Positions 62,557 through 64,000 of a stretch of DNA of 64,000 bases are shown here, one piece after another. The first letter of the stretch is position 1. The number at the start of each line of letters is the position of its first letter. The stretch comes from the human T2T-CHM13v2.0 reference genome, Homo sapiens. The stretch lies in assembly GCF_009914755.1 (NCBI RefSeq), contig NC_060947.1. The stretch is one strand, 5' to 3'. The position numbers were made by a program, and so were the translations under genes. The notes below the pieces were generated by a model. The model was not told where the DNA came from. It did no database searches and saw nothing but the letters and a program-made list of their open reading frames with translations.

Positions 62557-62886
<330 letters not shown>

Positions 62887-63283
62887 GTGCTGGTGTTATA
62901 ATCATAGGGCAAAACCATGACGATTGTGGTGCCTTTTACTGCCTAAGGTTGAGAAATAGACTATAGTACCTCCAGTTATCACAGTTTCTGGTCCTTTAAT
63001 AAATGATTTCTGACAAATACCAAGTATTTCTACCAAATACTTGTCCCCATACTTGCCCTGACCAAAGTGGTTTCATGAGTGAAGTCTTCGCTCCACCCAA
63101 GGGAACTCCTACAGCAAACCTACCTGCATATGGAAAGGGGACCCTAGTTAATATGGCAGGCCCATTTAACTCACTGTAAGCATTTTACATGTTGACCACA
63201 CATACAGTAATCAAGATCCAGCCTTTCAACCAACAACACAGGACACCTATTCTTGAAGACCTCCCTAACTTTCCTCAGTATAG

Positions 63284-63702
<419 letters not shown>

Positions 63703-64000
63703 TAGACTTTTCAAAAGGTATCCATGAACAGCTAGTTTTAAACGAATCAATGTCCAGATTCAACTTCCAGTGGTACACTTTCCTAATATTAACTAGGTCA
63801 AGAAAGTCTCTGGGTCCAAAGCCATGCTTACTCCACTTTACAAAAGAAAGGCACCACCCAAACCTTAATATGTTGCATTGGAAGGGGTGGAGGGCGATTT
63901 AGCCTTCAGGGCAAACCAAATGGAAATCTCAGTTAGTGACCATTCAAAGCACCATGAACCTATGAAAGCTTCCTGTCTTTCCCTGTCTTACACACATTTC

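Overview
This is primate (almost certainly human, Xp22.11) genomic DNA holding the convergent 3' ends of two genes. On the + strand is the last coding exon of PDK3 (pyruvate dehydrogenase kinase 3; 251-394, ...ADDWSNPSSEPRDASKYKAKQ*). A splice donor overlapping its stop codon joins a second terminal exon at 5456 (adds DKIKTNRTF*), followed by a probable ~11 kb 3' UTR to ~16.76 kb. On the - strand are the last five coding exons of PCYT1B (CTP:phosphocholine cytidylyltransferase beta; 56311-56462, 53529-53607, 45604-45746, 41418-41606, 28585-28797). All have GT-AG junctions and keep the reading frame. An internal intron in the last exon gives the short LKSWARCRDF* tail, and the ~4.2 kb 3' UTR ends near 24.38 kb. 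The rest is intronic or intergenic: about 33 Alus, L1/L2/MIR fragments, MaLR LTRs, MER DNA transposons and microsatellites. Nearly all ORFs in the supplied track are repeat or low-complexity artefacts. I see no evidence of a wholly new gene system. The best leads are a candidate third PDK3 terminal exon at 12403 (in-frame 34-aa tail in front of a repeat-free 4.3 kb UTR-like block), coupled splice/polyadenylation tail switches in both genes, a miR-15/16 site cluster, five Alus inserted into the same ~50 nt segment of different L1M copies, and several rearranged retroelements. Repeat boundaries and subfamily calls were made by eye and are approximate.
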